Below, piece by piece: positions 49,090 through 62,559 of a DNA stretch of 64,000 nucleotides. A model generated the notes under the pieces. It was not told where the DNA came from. It ran no database searches and worked only from the letters and a program-made list of their open reading frames with translations. The stretch is from Ginglymostoma cirratum (lineage: Eukaryota): assembly GCA_024137785.1 (NCBI GenBank), contig JAHRHZ010000012.1, forward strand, positions 66,652,324 through 66,716,323, written 5' to 3'. Both the position numbers and the translations under genes were made by a program. Position 1 is the stretch's first letter. Each line of letters starts with the position of its first letter.

Positions 49090-50360
49090 TCAGAAGGTGT
49101 TACGCTGGTCTCATTCTCAGCCACTTCAAGATGATATTTACCAATAAAAACATCCAAGACTCATAAAACCATCTTTGTAGTCTTCTACGATCTGCTCAGC
49201 TGTTAATGGCTTACTGCTGCCAAAACACTGTAAATCTCTCCTGCCACATTTAGTATTATCGGTCCAAGGTTTAGACTTGCTTCAGTTGAGACAAATAGAG
49301 ATTGCTTAATGTCTTAGCTCTGAACTCCAGATTTATATTCTTCCCATTGCATTGGGCTTTCAGCTTAGTTAGTCCTCTAGGAATGAGGATGATTCAATTG
49401 TGAAGTGTCAACTTACCTTCAAGAGTTAATTTATGGATCTGCATCTTGCACAACTTTGCACTAACAACTAGCGAAGCTCACAATGCTGTAGAAAGTACAG
49501 TCTTCTGTCTGACACTTCAGGCTCAGCTGACGCTCACCTTCTGCAGTTTCATTTGTCACCATTAGATTCAATGACATTAACTTGTTGAATGAGTGATTTT
49601 GTCAGAGTCATTGGCTGACAGCTCCCTAGAAATCACCTTTATAGGCGTTCTTTGCTTCATTTTTAGCTCATGAGCTTTTTAACTAAGCACTTGCGTGCAA
49701 AGCAATTCAGCAACTAGAGCACTGCCTTCCCCATGCTGGACATGCTTGCCTTTCATTTGTGTGATGCCCTTCACAACATTTGCATTTTGCTCTCTAGCTT
49801 TGGTTTTTTTGATGGCTTTTCTGTAACTATTCTTAAATTTTTTTAAAAAACACTCTTGTCTGGCCTGCAATATCTCTCACCATAATGCAAAGCTTCATCT
49901 ATTCTCTAACCACTATGTTCTGGCTGATAGCAGACAATTTCTGAGCTTCTGTAAATGTTGATAGCTTTCTCAAGAGTAAAGGTTTCCTCTCTCAACAGGT
50001 GGACTCTCATGGCAGCATTTCTTACATCAATGACAATTGTATTTCCAAAGTGATCATTTTTCAGTTGTGCAAACTTACAAGATTCAACGAGACGTGTCAG
50101 TGCAGTCACTTATTGATCAATAGACCACCTCTGCCCAAGCTCCGACGTTGAACACATGTTGTTCAGACATATCATCGTATGTGAGATCCAACACGTGTCT
50201 TCAAAGCTGTCAAGATCTCGCGAGTCTGTTTTTCTGCTCCTCAGTGAGAACAAGGCTGTAGTCCTCTTTCCCGAGCACTCAGAGCAGGAATGCTAGTTTT
50301 ATTTCCTCAGGTTTTTAAGCTAAATCCATCAATGTCATTATCTTGCCAAGGAGTGTGGAA
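49090..50360 (-). mobile_element. Gypsy-type LTR retrotransposon gag/protease relic
   Basis: TALTRLVESCKF..RVHLLREETFTLEKAINIYRSSE matches the LL.E..LTLEKA motif of Gypsy gag. Heavily degenerate. Confidence 0.55.
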
Positions 50361-51979
50361 ACATTTCCAGTTTGGTCTCACCTCTTTCAATTCCACATCA
50401 TCAACTTCCACATCATGGTTAACATCAATTCCACAGTGGAACAGAATGGAAAATGGAAAGCCACTTTGACTGACACTAATCCCAAGGCTGCAGGCTGCTG
50501 GTTTATTTCCACATTTTCTTTGCAGTTTCTAACAGTAGCTAGCTCTCCTAAGGCTCTGAATATCCACACATTTTTAAATGTCCATTCCTGATGCCACTAC
50601 AATTGATGCTTGTTAAATAGTTGCCACAAACTGAACACAAAGACATACGTAGCAAAAGTAGAGTTTGAGATTACATACCTATGGAAAGCTAGCCAGTGCA
50701 TCAAGTACGATGGGATTTCTTCAAGCTGGCAGCCAGAATTTATAACATAGCAGCCAAAGACATTGGAAAACAATTTTGGATATAGGTGGATAGAAAGTAC
50801 ATTGCTTCTTCCAATCAATCTTCCACTAAATGTAGCAGCAATATGTTTTGCAAATATTTCCTACAGTAGCCCCAATGAGACCATTTGCCACTGTACAAAT
50901 TAATATCATTCAGTTTAATGTAACAGCCATTAATTTGACAATGTAGGAACTCTGAATATTTTTCTAAAAAAAGCAGCCTATGAAGCAAAGGTAAGTTCCT
51001 TACAAAAACCAAGAAATGTATGTAGAATAGCGTAATAAAGGTATGTATCCTTTAAATGTTAAAGCAGACATGCTTGTCATGAAGTGCTGTTCTTTGCAAA
51101 ATGCAAAATTTACAAAAAGGGCAGTAAACAGCCCCCCAGGACGGTCCATGATAAATTTATATCACACTAAATGTTGAGCGTCAATTTCCCTTTGGGAAAA
51201 AAACGGACATCAAATTAATTACATTAACTCACAAATTAAAGAGGAACCATCTCATTGCCTTTTAATTTACTCTGCAAGCGTATAACCTTAACATTTTTCA
51301 ACATAATGAACATACTGTAATGCCCCAGGTACCATTGCAGGATCATGTCTAAAAGGTATATCAATATGATCTTCTAAAAAGTCAGACACCACACTTTTCC
51401 CAAGGTGTGATAATTACTTGTTTCTATTACCGATTACTATATATTAAATAATTAACCTTTACAACTATAGACAATTTTTCAGGCACTTAAACTCTCATAG
51501 ACTTATGGTAGCCTCACTTTTAAAACAAAGATTAACTAATTATTAAGTAAGTTCCACCCATCTGTTTTTTTTTTATTATATTCCAACAATGTTACCACGT
51601 GAGTAATACACTTTAAGAGATTTAGGATGTAAGAGTATTAATATGGAGGGGAATGGTCTTGAAGGAAGATAACCAAGGAAAATAGAGCAAATTTTTTTCT
51701 CAAAATGTTTAGATCTTGTGTTGTGATGCTGTGAGGCTGTCCCATTTATGCCCAATAGTAGGGAACAAGAGGCTTAGGAGCGTACAATACGTTCAACTTA
51801 AAAAAAAAAGAGTTACTTTATTTATAATCACATTTGTCTTATCTGAAATGAAATGTCCATTTGGAAGTCCAAATGATGGTAAGGACACGAAAAGCATCAG
51901 AATAACAGCACAAAAATCAAACTGGAAAAGTCAATGGAGAAAAACAAGACAAACTAGCGGCAATAAAGGTTGGAAAGTC

Positions 51980-53400
51980 CCCTAGACCTTGCAGCCGAGC
52001 GAGCAGAATCTAAAAAGAAGCGAGTGCAAAGATAGCGAATTATTTGAGAGCTTCCGAAATTTCCTCAATTCTGCAAAGATCCAAGCATGGAAAACTACAA
52101 ATGTAAAAATCCTGTAAAAAAAAAAAAGAGGCAGAAAGCAGGAAACTATAAGCCAGTTAGCTAAACATCTGTCACTGGGAAATTGCCAGATTCCATTATT
52201 AAGGAAGTAATTGTAGAACATTTAGAAAACCATAATATACTCAGGCAAAGTTAACATGATTTTGTGAAAAGGAAATCATACTTAAATTCATTATAATCCT
52301 CTGAAGATGTGACAAGCAGGATGGATAAAAAGGCACAACAGTAGTTGTAGCATATTTTGAAAATCACAAAGCAAGCAACAAAATGCCACCTAAACATTTA
52401 GTGTACAAAGGTAAGAGGTCAGACAGACTGGCAAATTGTAACTCATGGTACCACAGGGATCAGTGCTGAAACCTCAACTGCTTACAATTTATAATAAAGT
52501 GTTGATTGAAGAGACTGAGTGTATACGTAACCAAATTTGCCGACGATACAAAGAGGGAAAGCAAGTTGCGAGAAGGAAATGCCACCATCAAGGGAATACA
52601 TATAGAGGTTAAATTATTCGGCAGAAATTTGACAGGTGCAAGTATAATGTTACTCACTTTGATAGGAAGAACACAAATTGAAATATTATTTAAACAGAGA
52701 GAAACTACAGAATGCTGTAGATCAGAGGGCTCTGTGTATCCACGTTTATGAGGCAAAAACGTTAGTGTACAGGAATAGCAACGAAGAAGCCAAAGGGAAT
52801 TGTGACCTTTATTTCAAGGGACAGAGTATAAAAGTAAGGAAACATTGTTACATCTATATAGGCATTGGTGAGACCACACGTGGAGTGCTATGTACAGTTT
52901 TGATCTTTTTTGTTTAAAGAAGGATAGACTTTAACTGGAGACAGGACAGAGGAGGTTGACTAGGATGATTCCTGGAATGATGCGGTTTTCTTATGAGGAA
53001 AGGTTAAGCAGGTTAAATCAGAACGTAGTAGAATGAAAGATGAACTTCTGGAAATGGAAATATTCTGACAGGGTAAATGCTAAGAGGCAATTTTGCCTCT
53101 AATGGGGAAATCTAGGATCAAGAGGCATTATTTCAGAATAAGGCATAGTCATTTCAGATGGAGCCGATGATGGACTTCTACTCTCAGAGAACAGAGTTTT
53201 TGGAATTCTCTACCTAAGAGAGGTGAACAGCTTGATTCATTGTAAATAGTTAAGGCTAAGATATACAGATTTTTAACTATAGGGAAGTCAATAGTTTTAA
53301 TAAATAGGTGGGTAAGTGGAGATGAGACCAAGATCTCATTAGTCATTATGTTATTGCATTGCGAAGCAGACTGAAGGGTCCCCATGGCACCTAGCTCTTA
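51980..53400 (+). mobile_element. Degenerate CR1 LINE ORF2 3' half
   Basis: Fragments VTKFADDTK, LYIGIGETTRGVLCTV (frameshifted LVRPHLEY) and QRRLTRMIPGM..SYEERL. Confidence 0.75.
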
Positions 53401-56126
53401 TACCCTTACAAATACTGTATTTAAGGCGGTAGATAAGCAATACCTTGAGGAGTGTTTTGAAAAGTGGATGGTGATGGAAGTGGGATGGAAAGGGCAAGAT
53501 TACAAAATAATTGTAATTTTCACATGAGTTTTAGCTAAAGTCCCCAGTCAATTCACTGGTAGCTGCTGAAATCTAATTGGCCACTAGATGCTGCACAAGA
53601 GCAATGCATGGTGATTTTAAATCCATTTTTTAATATCTGTAATGACCCTCACCAAGATGAATAAACAGATTAAACAAATCACAGGTGAAAGGTTATACAA
53701 GTCTTTCACATATTGGACACACACACTACGATACTACATTGGTTATCATCTCGCAAACAAATTCTGAAAGAAATAAAATGCAAGATCTTAGGTTCTTAAG
53801 AGTTTCACATTATCTGATAGTTGTGTAGGACAAAGAAAACTGACTATTAGCCCTTAATTTGATTCTTTGATAATTAAGAGACAGCTTTAAGTAAAAGGTG
53901 CCAAATACAAACTTTTGATTTTCAATACTAAATTCAGGAGATCTTCATTTTATTTATTTAGGTAATCTGCCAAACAAACTTTCCCTGCAATTGTACAACA
54001 CAGTAAACTTTTCATTTATTTTGTGTATCTTCAAGATTCTGGGGAACAACCTACTCGCTCATTATAAAATGGAATAGAATTTATCATTCTCTATCCAAGT
54101 AATCACTTGTTACTTGTTATTAGAATGTATTTTTCCTCTAGCTAGTAAAGGATCTGCTGGAATATGTAATAACTTACTTGGATACGTGCATTCATTATCA
54201 TTATCGCATACTCACAAGTCAAGCTTAGAATGTTCTAATGAGCATCCATGCCTTTCCAAATTGGGAATTGGGTCAATCCCGCAAGTCAAGTACAAGCTAT
54301 CCAGGTATTACTGGCCGTTCAGTCAGGGCACAGCAGGGACATCAGTCTAGGGACTAGGCCATGCTCAGTTAGGGCTGTCCTGCCAATTCTGTCTGGGAAC
54401 TGGACTATGGTCAGTTTTAGGGTTTGGTCAGTAATGGTCATAGGGCAGTCTGTGGAATCCTGGGGAAGGCAAGTATCTCATGTTATATCGGATCACTGAC
54501 GGAATGGTGACAGTGACAACAATAGAGGGCAAGTGAAGATAGTAATGTGGGACCTCAGTGATTACAGGTGGACTAGAAATTCCAGAAACGAGGGATTCAA
54601 ACAGGCCGCAGTAACTCAACCCTCTAAAGGGGAGTGTAAGGCCAAAAGCGACATGGGAATTTCCAAAGTCGTGGGCTCTGAGAATAATTTGGGAACATAA
54701 ACAGCTTTATAAAGTGGCTCGATGGAAAACTCTGAAGGGGCAGAAAGTCATAGGAACCACACAGACACCAACACAAAAAAGGGACATGAAGTATTTGGGA
54801 CAGACCAGGAAAGAGATATTCTTGCATCACCAGTGAAACCCGCAAGTCACTCACACCAAAACAAAACTGCAACTTTGTCGCATCAGATCGAAAGCAACTG
54901 TGCAATTACTGCACAATAAAGGCTGACACCCCTTGTAAAATGGGTGAAATCAGATAATGAATTATCTTCAGAGCAAAACAAGACATTTAGAATTTGAGGC
55001 CTAGCTAGTGGCAATTACAGTAATCATATCTGGCTTCAACTTGCACTGAATCAGCAGGCCTTTCATTGCCACTACTGCACGTTAAGAATTATGGCCTCAA
55101 GGAATCATGACCATTAGATTGCGTATATTAATTGGCTCCTTGTCACGTCAACCAATTAAATGTAATCAGATAAAGTCATTTAAAAGAGGCTTCTGAAATT
55201 TACATTTCAAACACTTTCCATAGCAAGCACTGAAAGGCAATGTTTCACAGCTATCACATTTTGTACAACGAACTGTAAGAATACAAGGACAGATCCTGTG
55301 GTATTCACTAACCTGGCTTGGCACTAAGGTTAGGTAGCTTTAGTTTCATTAAGATATTACGAACCAGTGTTGTGCAGCAAGGCCTCTCATGTCAGGCAGC
55401 AGTTTGCTAGGAATTCTGAGCAGTCTCCGTTTTGATCCTTCGACGCTTGCTAACATTGCACTCTTTCAGGGTGCACGTGGATTACTAAATTGCCCTGAAA
55501 TGCTTCAGCAACCTTTTGGACAGCAGTGAACCTGCAAAAGCAGTGCTTTGTGTACGTTTCCTCAGCAGCCCACTGCACTATGGAGGTAGAGTAGACATAG
55601 GAGCTGCCCATTGTACCTCTCCCAACTTGAAAGGCAGTGTGCTCTCTTGAAAAACAAATAGAATGAGCCCTCCCCTCCAGAAATGTGTGAAATTATCACT
55701 GTTACTATGTTGTTACTCACAAGGAGGTGTGTAAGTGTGGAATGATGTGTGCAGGCCAGGCCTAGCACAATCCCTACACAGTGCATTCAGCCTGAGTTAC
55801 ACTACTGGAGTGCTATGTCTTGGCTGTAGCAATTAACGTCCCTGATGTCTGAGGTGGTCAGCAGGCAAAGAGTTGGTTGCTTGTAGGAGATTAGGAATGC
55901 TTGGCCATTACAACTTCTTTCATCCTTGGGATGTCTGAAGATGCTGCTTACATCACTCATCCAGCAGATATATTAACAGTGCAAGTGAAGATTTATTTAC
56001 AACATGGAAGGTTATTTACAATGATGAGAGATAAAAGGTACTGCAGATGCTGGAGAATCCGAGATAACAAGCATGGGGCTGGATGAACACAGCAGGTCAA
56101 GCAGCATCATAGGAGCAGGAAAACTT

Positions 56127-56154
56127 GACGTTTCGGGCCTAAACCCTTCATCAG
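56127..56154 (-). ncRNA. Minimal hammerhead ribozyme motif (inverted pLTR)
   Basis: Minus strand reads ATTT-CTGATGA-AGGGTTTAGGCCC-GAAA-CGTC-AAGT. Confidence 0.7.
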
Positions 56155-58433
56155 AAATGGGGGAGGGGAAGAGGGTTCTGAAATAAATAGGGAGAGAGGG
56201 GGAGGCGGATAGAGGAGAGGATAGGTGGAGAGGAGGCAGACAAGTCGAAGAGGCGGGGATGGAGCCAGTAAAGGTGAGTGTAGGTAGGGGTGTAAGGAAG
56301 AGATAGGTCAGTCCAGGGAGGACGGACAGGTCAAGGGGGCGGGATGATGTTAGTAGATAGGAGATGGGGGTGTGGCTTGAGGTGAGGGGAAAAACAGGTT
56401 AGGGAGGTGGAGATGAGCTGGGCTGACGCATAACTCCGCCCACAGCCAACGCCGACAACGCTCCGCCCACTGCCTCCACAGCCAGCAGCTCCAGAGGAGA
56501 CAGCAACACTGAGCCCTGCCGAGTCTTCACCATCCCCCCAGACCTCCCCCTTACTGAGGACGAACGGTCAGTCCTCAGTAAAGGGCTCACCTTTGTCCCC
56601 CTCCACCCACATGTCAACGAATACCGCTCACGCTTGGATATTGAGCAGTTTTTCTGCCGCCTCCACCTCCATGCTTACTTCTCCAACCGCGAATCTAACC
56701 CTTCCTCTACTGACCCCTTCTCCCGCCTCCGACACAAGCCCTCCTCCTGGACACCACCCCAAGGCCTCCTACCCTCCCTTGACCTCTTCATCTCCAACTG
56801 CCGTCGTGACATCAATCGCCTCAACCTCTCTACCCCTCTCAAACACTCCAACCTCTCCCCCGCAGAATGTGCAGCCCTCCACTCCCTCCGCTCCAATCCC
56901 AACCTCACCATAAAACCCGCGGACAAGGAAGGGGCAGTCGTAGTATGGCGCACTGACCTCTACATTGCTGAGGCCAGGCGCCAACTCTCTGACACCTCCT
57001 CCTACCGCCCCCTAGATCATGACCCCACCCCTGAGCACCAAACCATCATCTCCCAAACCATCCACAACCTCATCACCTCAGGTGACCTCCCACCCACCGC
57101 CTCCAACCTCATCGTTCCCCAACCCCGCACCGCCCGCTTCTTCTCCCCAAAATCCACAAACCTGAATGCCCTGGTCGACCCATTGTCTCTGCCTGCTCCT
57201 GCCCCACCGAACTCATCTCCACCTACCTAGACTCCATTTTCACCCCCTTGGTCCAGGAACTCCCTACCTATGTCCATGACACTACCCACGCCCTCCACCT
57301 CCACCTCCTCCAGAACTTCCAATTTCCCGGTCCCCAACACCTCATTTTTACTATGGATGGCCAGTCCCTATACACCTGCATTCCCCACGCAGATGGCCTA
57401 AAGGCCCTCCGGTTCTTCCTGTCCCGCAGAACGGACCAATCCCCCTCCACCGACACCCTCATCCGCCTAGCCGAACTCGTCCTCACCCTCAACAACTTTT
57501 CTTTCAATTCCTCCCACTTCCTACAGACAAAGGGGGTGGCCATGGGTACCCGCATGGGCCCAAGCTATGCCTGCCTCTTTGTAGGTTACGTGGAACAATC
57601 CCTCTTCCGTACCTACACTGGCCCTAAACCCCACCTCTTCCTCCGTTACATTGATGACTGCATCGGCGCCGCCACGTGCTCCCACGAGGAGCTCGAACAG
57701 TTCATCCAATTCACCAACACCTTCCACCGCAACCTGAAGTTCACCTGGACCATCTCTAACACTTCTCTCTCCTTCCTGGACCTCTCTGTCTCCATCTCGG
57801 GCAACCACCTAGAGACAGATGTCCATTTCAAGCACACTGACTCCCACAGCTACCTGGAATACACCTCCTCCCACCCACCCTCCTGCAAAAATGCCATCCC
57901 CTATTCCCAATTCCTTCGCCTCCGCCGCATCTGCTCCCAGGATGAGACATTCCACTCCCGCACATCTCAAATGTCCTCATTCTTCAAGGACCGCAACTTC
58001 CCCCCCACAGTGGCCGCGAACGCCCTCGACCGTGTCTCCCGCATTTCCCGGAACACATCCCTCACGCCCCGCCGCCGCAACAATAACCAAAAAAAAATCC
58101 CCCTCGTCCTCACATACCACCCCACCAACCTCCGGATCCAACGCATCATCCTCCGACACTTCCGCCATCTGCAATCAGACCCCACCATCAAAGACATTTT
58201 TCCCTCCCCACCCTTGTCTGCCTTCCGGAGGGACCACTCTCTCCGCGACTCCCTTGTCCGCTCCACACTCCCCTCCAGCCCCACCACACCCGGCACTTTT
58301 CCCTGTAACCGCAGGAAGTGCTACACCTGCCCCCACACCTCCTCCCTCACCCCAATCCCAGGCCCCAAGAAGACTTTCCACATCAGGCAGATGTTCACCT
58401 GCACATCTGCCAATGTGGTATACTGCATCCGCT

Positions 58434-58533
58434 NNNNNNNNNNNNNNNNNNNNNNNNNNNNNNNNNNNNNNNNNNNNNNNNNNNNNNNNNNNNNNNNNNN
58501 NNNNNNNNNNNNNNNNNNNNNNNNNNNNNNNNN
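58434..58533. other. Assembly gap (100 N) inside the PLE endonuclease region
   Basis: Run of Ns. Confidence 1.
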
Positions 58534-58836
58534 CCCCCAACCGCATCCCAAAACCAGCCCAGCTCATCTCCACCTCCCTAACCTGTTTTTCCTCTCACCA
58601 CAAGCCACACCCCCATCTCCTATCTACTAACATCATCCCGCCCCCTTGACCTGAGCGTCCTCCCTGGACTGACCTATCTCTTCCTTACACCCCTACCTAC
58701 ACTCACCTTTACTGGCTCCATCCCCGCCTCTTCGACTTGTCTGCCTCCTCTCCACCTATCCTCTCCTCTATCCATCCTCTATCCGCCTCCCCCTCTCTCC
58801 CTATTTATTTCAGAACCCTCTTCCCCTCCCCCATTT

Positions 58837-58864
58837 CTGATGAAGGGTTTAGGCCCGAAACGTC
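58837..58864 (+). ncRNA. Minimal hammerhead ribozyme motif (3' pLTR)
   Basis: ATTT-CTGATGA-AGGGTTTAGGCCC-GAAA-CGTC-AAGT. The flanking AUUU/AAGU can form a short helix I. Confidence 0.7.
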
Positions 58865-61800
58865 AAGTTTTCCTGCTCCTATGATGCTGCTTGACCTGCT
58901 GTGTTCATCCAGCCCCATGCTTGTTACCTCTATTTACAATGATGTTTCATTGGTGCCACCAATGTGCCCTCAAGAAATATTCTTCTTCCTCTGCCTCCCT
59001 TGTTATCAAGGTGCAATTCTGTCTTGCAGCCTAGGTGGAAGGATCCTGCTCTACTCCTGTAGGCTTTGACCATTAACTCCTGGTGCTTTTAGGTCAAGAG
59101 GGTCAAGGCATTTTTGAATGTGTTCAACCCAGAAGTGGGCTCAACCCCCTTGGTTTGAACTGCTGGAGGTTCTGGGATCAAATGAGGGGGAGGATGCACT
59201 ACTGGAGCATCCTGAGCAGAAGCTTCAGAGAGTTCTCTGTGTGGTTCTCTCTCTCTAGCGATGCCTACTGACATGACCCTGTCTATCTGAGATAAAGGAG
59301 CACTGGGAGTCTGCTCAAGGTTCCCTCAATCCTCTTTTGTCTTGCCATTGATGTTAAATACCAGTGTTAAAAGCAATGGAATGCAGTTGCACGCAAAATC
59401 TAGCAGATAGAGTGCGCCAGCCATGGCTTTAGATGGCAGTCCCTAATCTGTCCTTGGAGGCAGCATGGGATGGGAACCATTTCTGGACTCCTCCATTCTT
59501 TGAGACAACCATTTCTTAACTTGCAGCACCTGAAACAGTGAGCAATCTGGGACTTTCAACATGGTGCCAGCAACATGAATGCTAGTCGGTCGCGATCGGG
59601 GAAATCATTTCCCCATCTTGTACCACATAATTCCCCGAGAAAGATGGTCAACAATCTGGTTGCATAATGCATGAGGTCATGAGCAGGAAATTGAGAGAAA
59701 AAAGTTGCTGTGAATCATGGCAGACAAGGCTCCAGTAATTTCACACAAGACACTAGAACCATAAAGAGTAAAATGCTGCTCTTTGTGGATACATGCCTCC
59801 ACCAGTGGTTAAACTGGAAAGGAGCTTTTTATATCTTATTAAAATCTTTGTCCCATCATCATTTTTAATAGAGAGTTCAATGTAAGTTTGGCTGATGCTT
59901 GAATATATTTCTAATAATGTGACAAATGAGGCAGACAAGAAGCCATGATTTTGTTCACAACAGCTGGAGAACAGATGGGAGCTCTGCATTGCTTCCATGA
60001 CAGAGGTCTTGTCAGATCGAAGTGAGTCCCTGGAAAGTGCAAACCTTCCACAGGATTTAGAATCCCAGTGCAGAAATTCCACCCCGAGAGCAGTCTGCCA
60101 ATTAGGAGCTAGCATTGGAGGATGGTGTTTGCAGCTGGTAATGCTTCCAGGTTCAGCACAACTATCTCCAATAGATCCCAGAACATGGAAACAGTGTGGC
60201 TGAAGGGGAGGTGGATTTGTGCAAGCTGGTTGGAGGCAAGGACATCTTTGCTTCTGTATATAGATGTAGCTTAAGTTTCACTGTTTAATAAACTTCATCC
60301 ATCCATTCATCCAAGTATTATTGATATAAGGGAATAAAATACTGTTGTATTGGAACACCAGACCCTTTTAAACATTTGTTTACTGTGTTTCTTTGGGTAG
60401 ACGCTGTAGAAATTACCAACATCCTCCTTTCAGTCCTTCCCAACTAGCGCAAAATCTATTGCATACACCATTACTAGAAAATGACCAAAGCATATGCAAG
60501 AAACATCATTTACCAGGCCATAATTTAATCAAGGGAAGAATTCAATACACTGACCACAGAGTTCGAGACAATAGATTTCAGGGTCTTGCCAAAAATAACT
60601 AAATTTCAGTTTACTGGTAAATGCAATTATCAAATGCGTCTCTGATTCAATTTGATGAGTTCAATGGAGCAACAGTATATTCAATATCCTTGAAAAAGAA
60701 CAGGACTACTTTAGTAATAATAACATCTGAGATTGAGTCCAAAAGAACAAATTCAAAACCTGTAAAAGCACAAACGCTATTTAACTAAAAGAAGTATGAT
60801 ATTTACTTTAATGTAGGTAATGTAAATTCATAGCTGAGGATGCAGTCAGCATAATTTTTGAAAAAATGCTTTTATTTTTAACCAACTTCCATAAGTTCCA
60901 CTTAAATGTTGATTATGTGCATCAGCCCGTGCTAGATCCTTCTACAAGAAACACATTAGATGGTGCTACAGTGTCATAAAAGAAGGCAGAAAACAAAATT
61001 CACTCAAAGGGTTGCTGCTATTAGTAAAGTCACAGCTATAATATCCTAAACCCTACTTTGGCATTCCTTTCACATGATCTATGAATGCTCAAAATCCTGG
61101 CTCATCGATATAATGAGCTTAGAGAGTTTGAAAAATGCATTCCATGAGCACTATTATTTTGTTTGCTGGAATCTAAATTAAGCCAGAAAGGCAGAAGAAT
61201 GTGTGTGCAGTCATGCATATTTGTGTGGACAGTCCTCATCATTAAGGTGAATGAATAATGAATCAGATTTCGTTTCTTTAAAGAAGAACAGATATAAACT
61301 TGGACTTCAATTTACTCTAATACATTGTAGATTAACGACTTGTTTAATATTTAAATGTATTATGACATTGCTGAGCTGTCAAAGTCTCGATCTCATATAT
61401 TCAAGGTTTCATGCAAAACGACAATCGCTCTCTTTACCAAGGATGTTCAATGCCTTTAGATATACCATTTTACTTGAGCCTTCAAGGATTCAGACAATTG
61501 CTTGTGAGGCCTATTGCTATCAGGTATAAGGTAAGCTACACATTACAACTGAATAGTTTATGTATCAATTATAGTTGGACAATAATGCCAAACACTGTAA
61601 CACTAATATTTTAGTGCTACTTCATTTTTAAGTGCTATAAGCACAGAATCGATTCAGTATTTACCTTAGGCAACACTAACTTTTTAGAGGATCTTCAGTG
61701 CTGTCACAAACCCCAAATGCTACATTTCCAACTCATTTTTCCTCTGGAAGGCAATTTGCTTAAATAAATGTAGAAATATAGGTACAAAGATCCCAGTCTT

Positions 61801-62096
61801 TACAGAGTGTATTAAGTTACACTCCTATCTGCCAGAAGTCTCGAATGCGAGATAGAATCTGTCTTTATTGCATTCCCAGTCCGTTAGACCAGTGTTTTAA
61901 ATTCTGGTCGAAAGGGTTAAAAATGGATCTTCCACTTGCCCTGCCTTTGACATCATAGGGAAATGGCTGTAGGAATCTTTGTTAGAATAAGTTAATTGGT
62001 GGTTGTCAGGCAGAATGGCATCACTGAATTCCTTGGTTTTTAATGTAACCATTCTGACGAGAGAATAATAGATAACATTGCTCTTAAAATCATTAC

Positions 62097-62220
62097 AGAG
62101 ATAGTAGGAACCGCCGATGCTGGAGAACCTGAGATAACAAGGTGTAGAGCTGGATGAACACAGCAGGCCAAGCAGCATCAGAGAAGCAGGAAAGCTGACG
62201 TTTTGGGTCTAGACCCTTCT
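62097..62220 (-). mobile_element. Family-A pLTR remnant
   Basis: GAGATAGTAGGAACCGCCGATGCTGGAGAACC..GACGTTTTGGGTCTAGACCCTTCT. TCTTAAAATCA occurs at 62082-62092 and 62221-62231. Confidence 0.8.
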
Positions 62221-62559
62221 TCTTAAAATCAGTTTGGCTGCAAAGGAACTGAGAAAACGGAGATCAGGAGACACCAATTCAGAACATATTCAGTATTTAT
62301 TAATCAAAGTCACACAATCCCAGTTTCACTTAAACCTAAATGTTCAGAAATTTCGCAGGCTCACCCTGCCTTTAAGTGTAGGCACTGCATCTAATTTCAC
62401 CTCAGTGTTCAATACCCTCCTGCTATACTTGCATATCTTCACTTCTGAATTTTTATTGTGTTCAATTGTTCAGAAGTTAGAGATATAAAATGGGCTCAGG
62501 AAACTGAATATTGGGACCATAAACCAGGCAAATAGGTATTCCTAAGAGACAGTGACTAG

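Larger units (their letters stand above)
56027..58930 (+). mobile_element. Young Penelope-like retroelement: inverted 5' pLTR, RT, GIY-YIG start, 3' pLTR; 14-bp TSD
   Basis: 56027-~56423 is the reverse complement of the 3' pLTR. ORFs 56634-57230 and 57248-58433 carry IKPADKEGAVVV, AMGTRMGPSYACLF, FLRYIDDC and CTSANVVYCIR. TATTTACAATGATG occurs at 56013-56026 and 58931-58944. Confidence 0.93.

Noticed and set aside
54290-54930. Possible LTR or other repeat
   Set aside because: I could not define termini, a TSD or coding motifs.
58950-59700. Possible Harbinger Myb/SANT relic
   Set aside because: Too degenerate to translate into a convincing motif.
61665-61760. Minus-strand AG|gtaaat donor-like site as the next upstream PRUNE2 exon
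   Set aside because: The translation shows no Prune-like sequence and I found no good acceptor.
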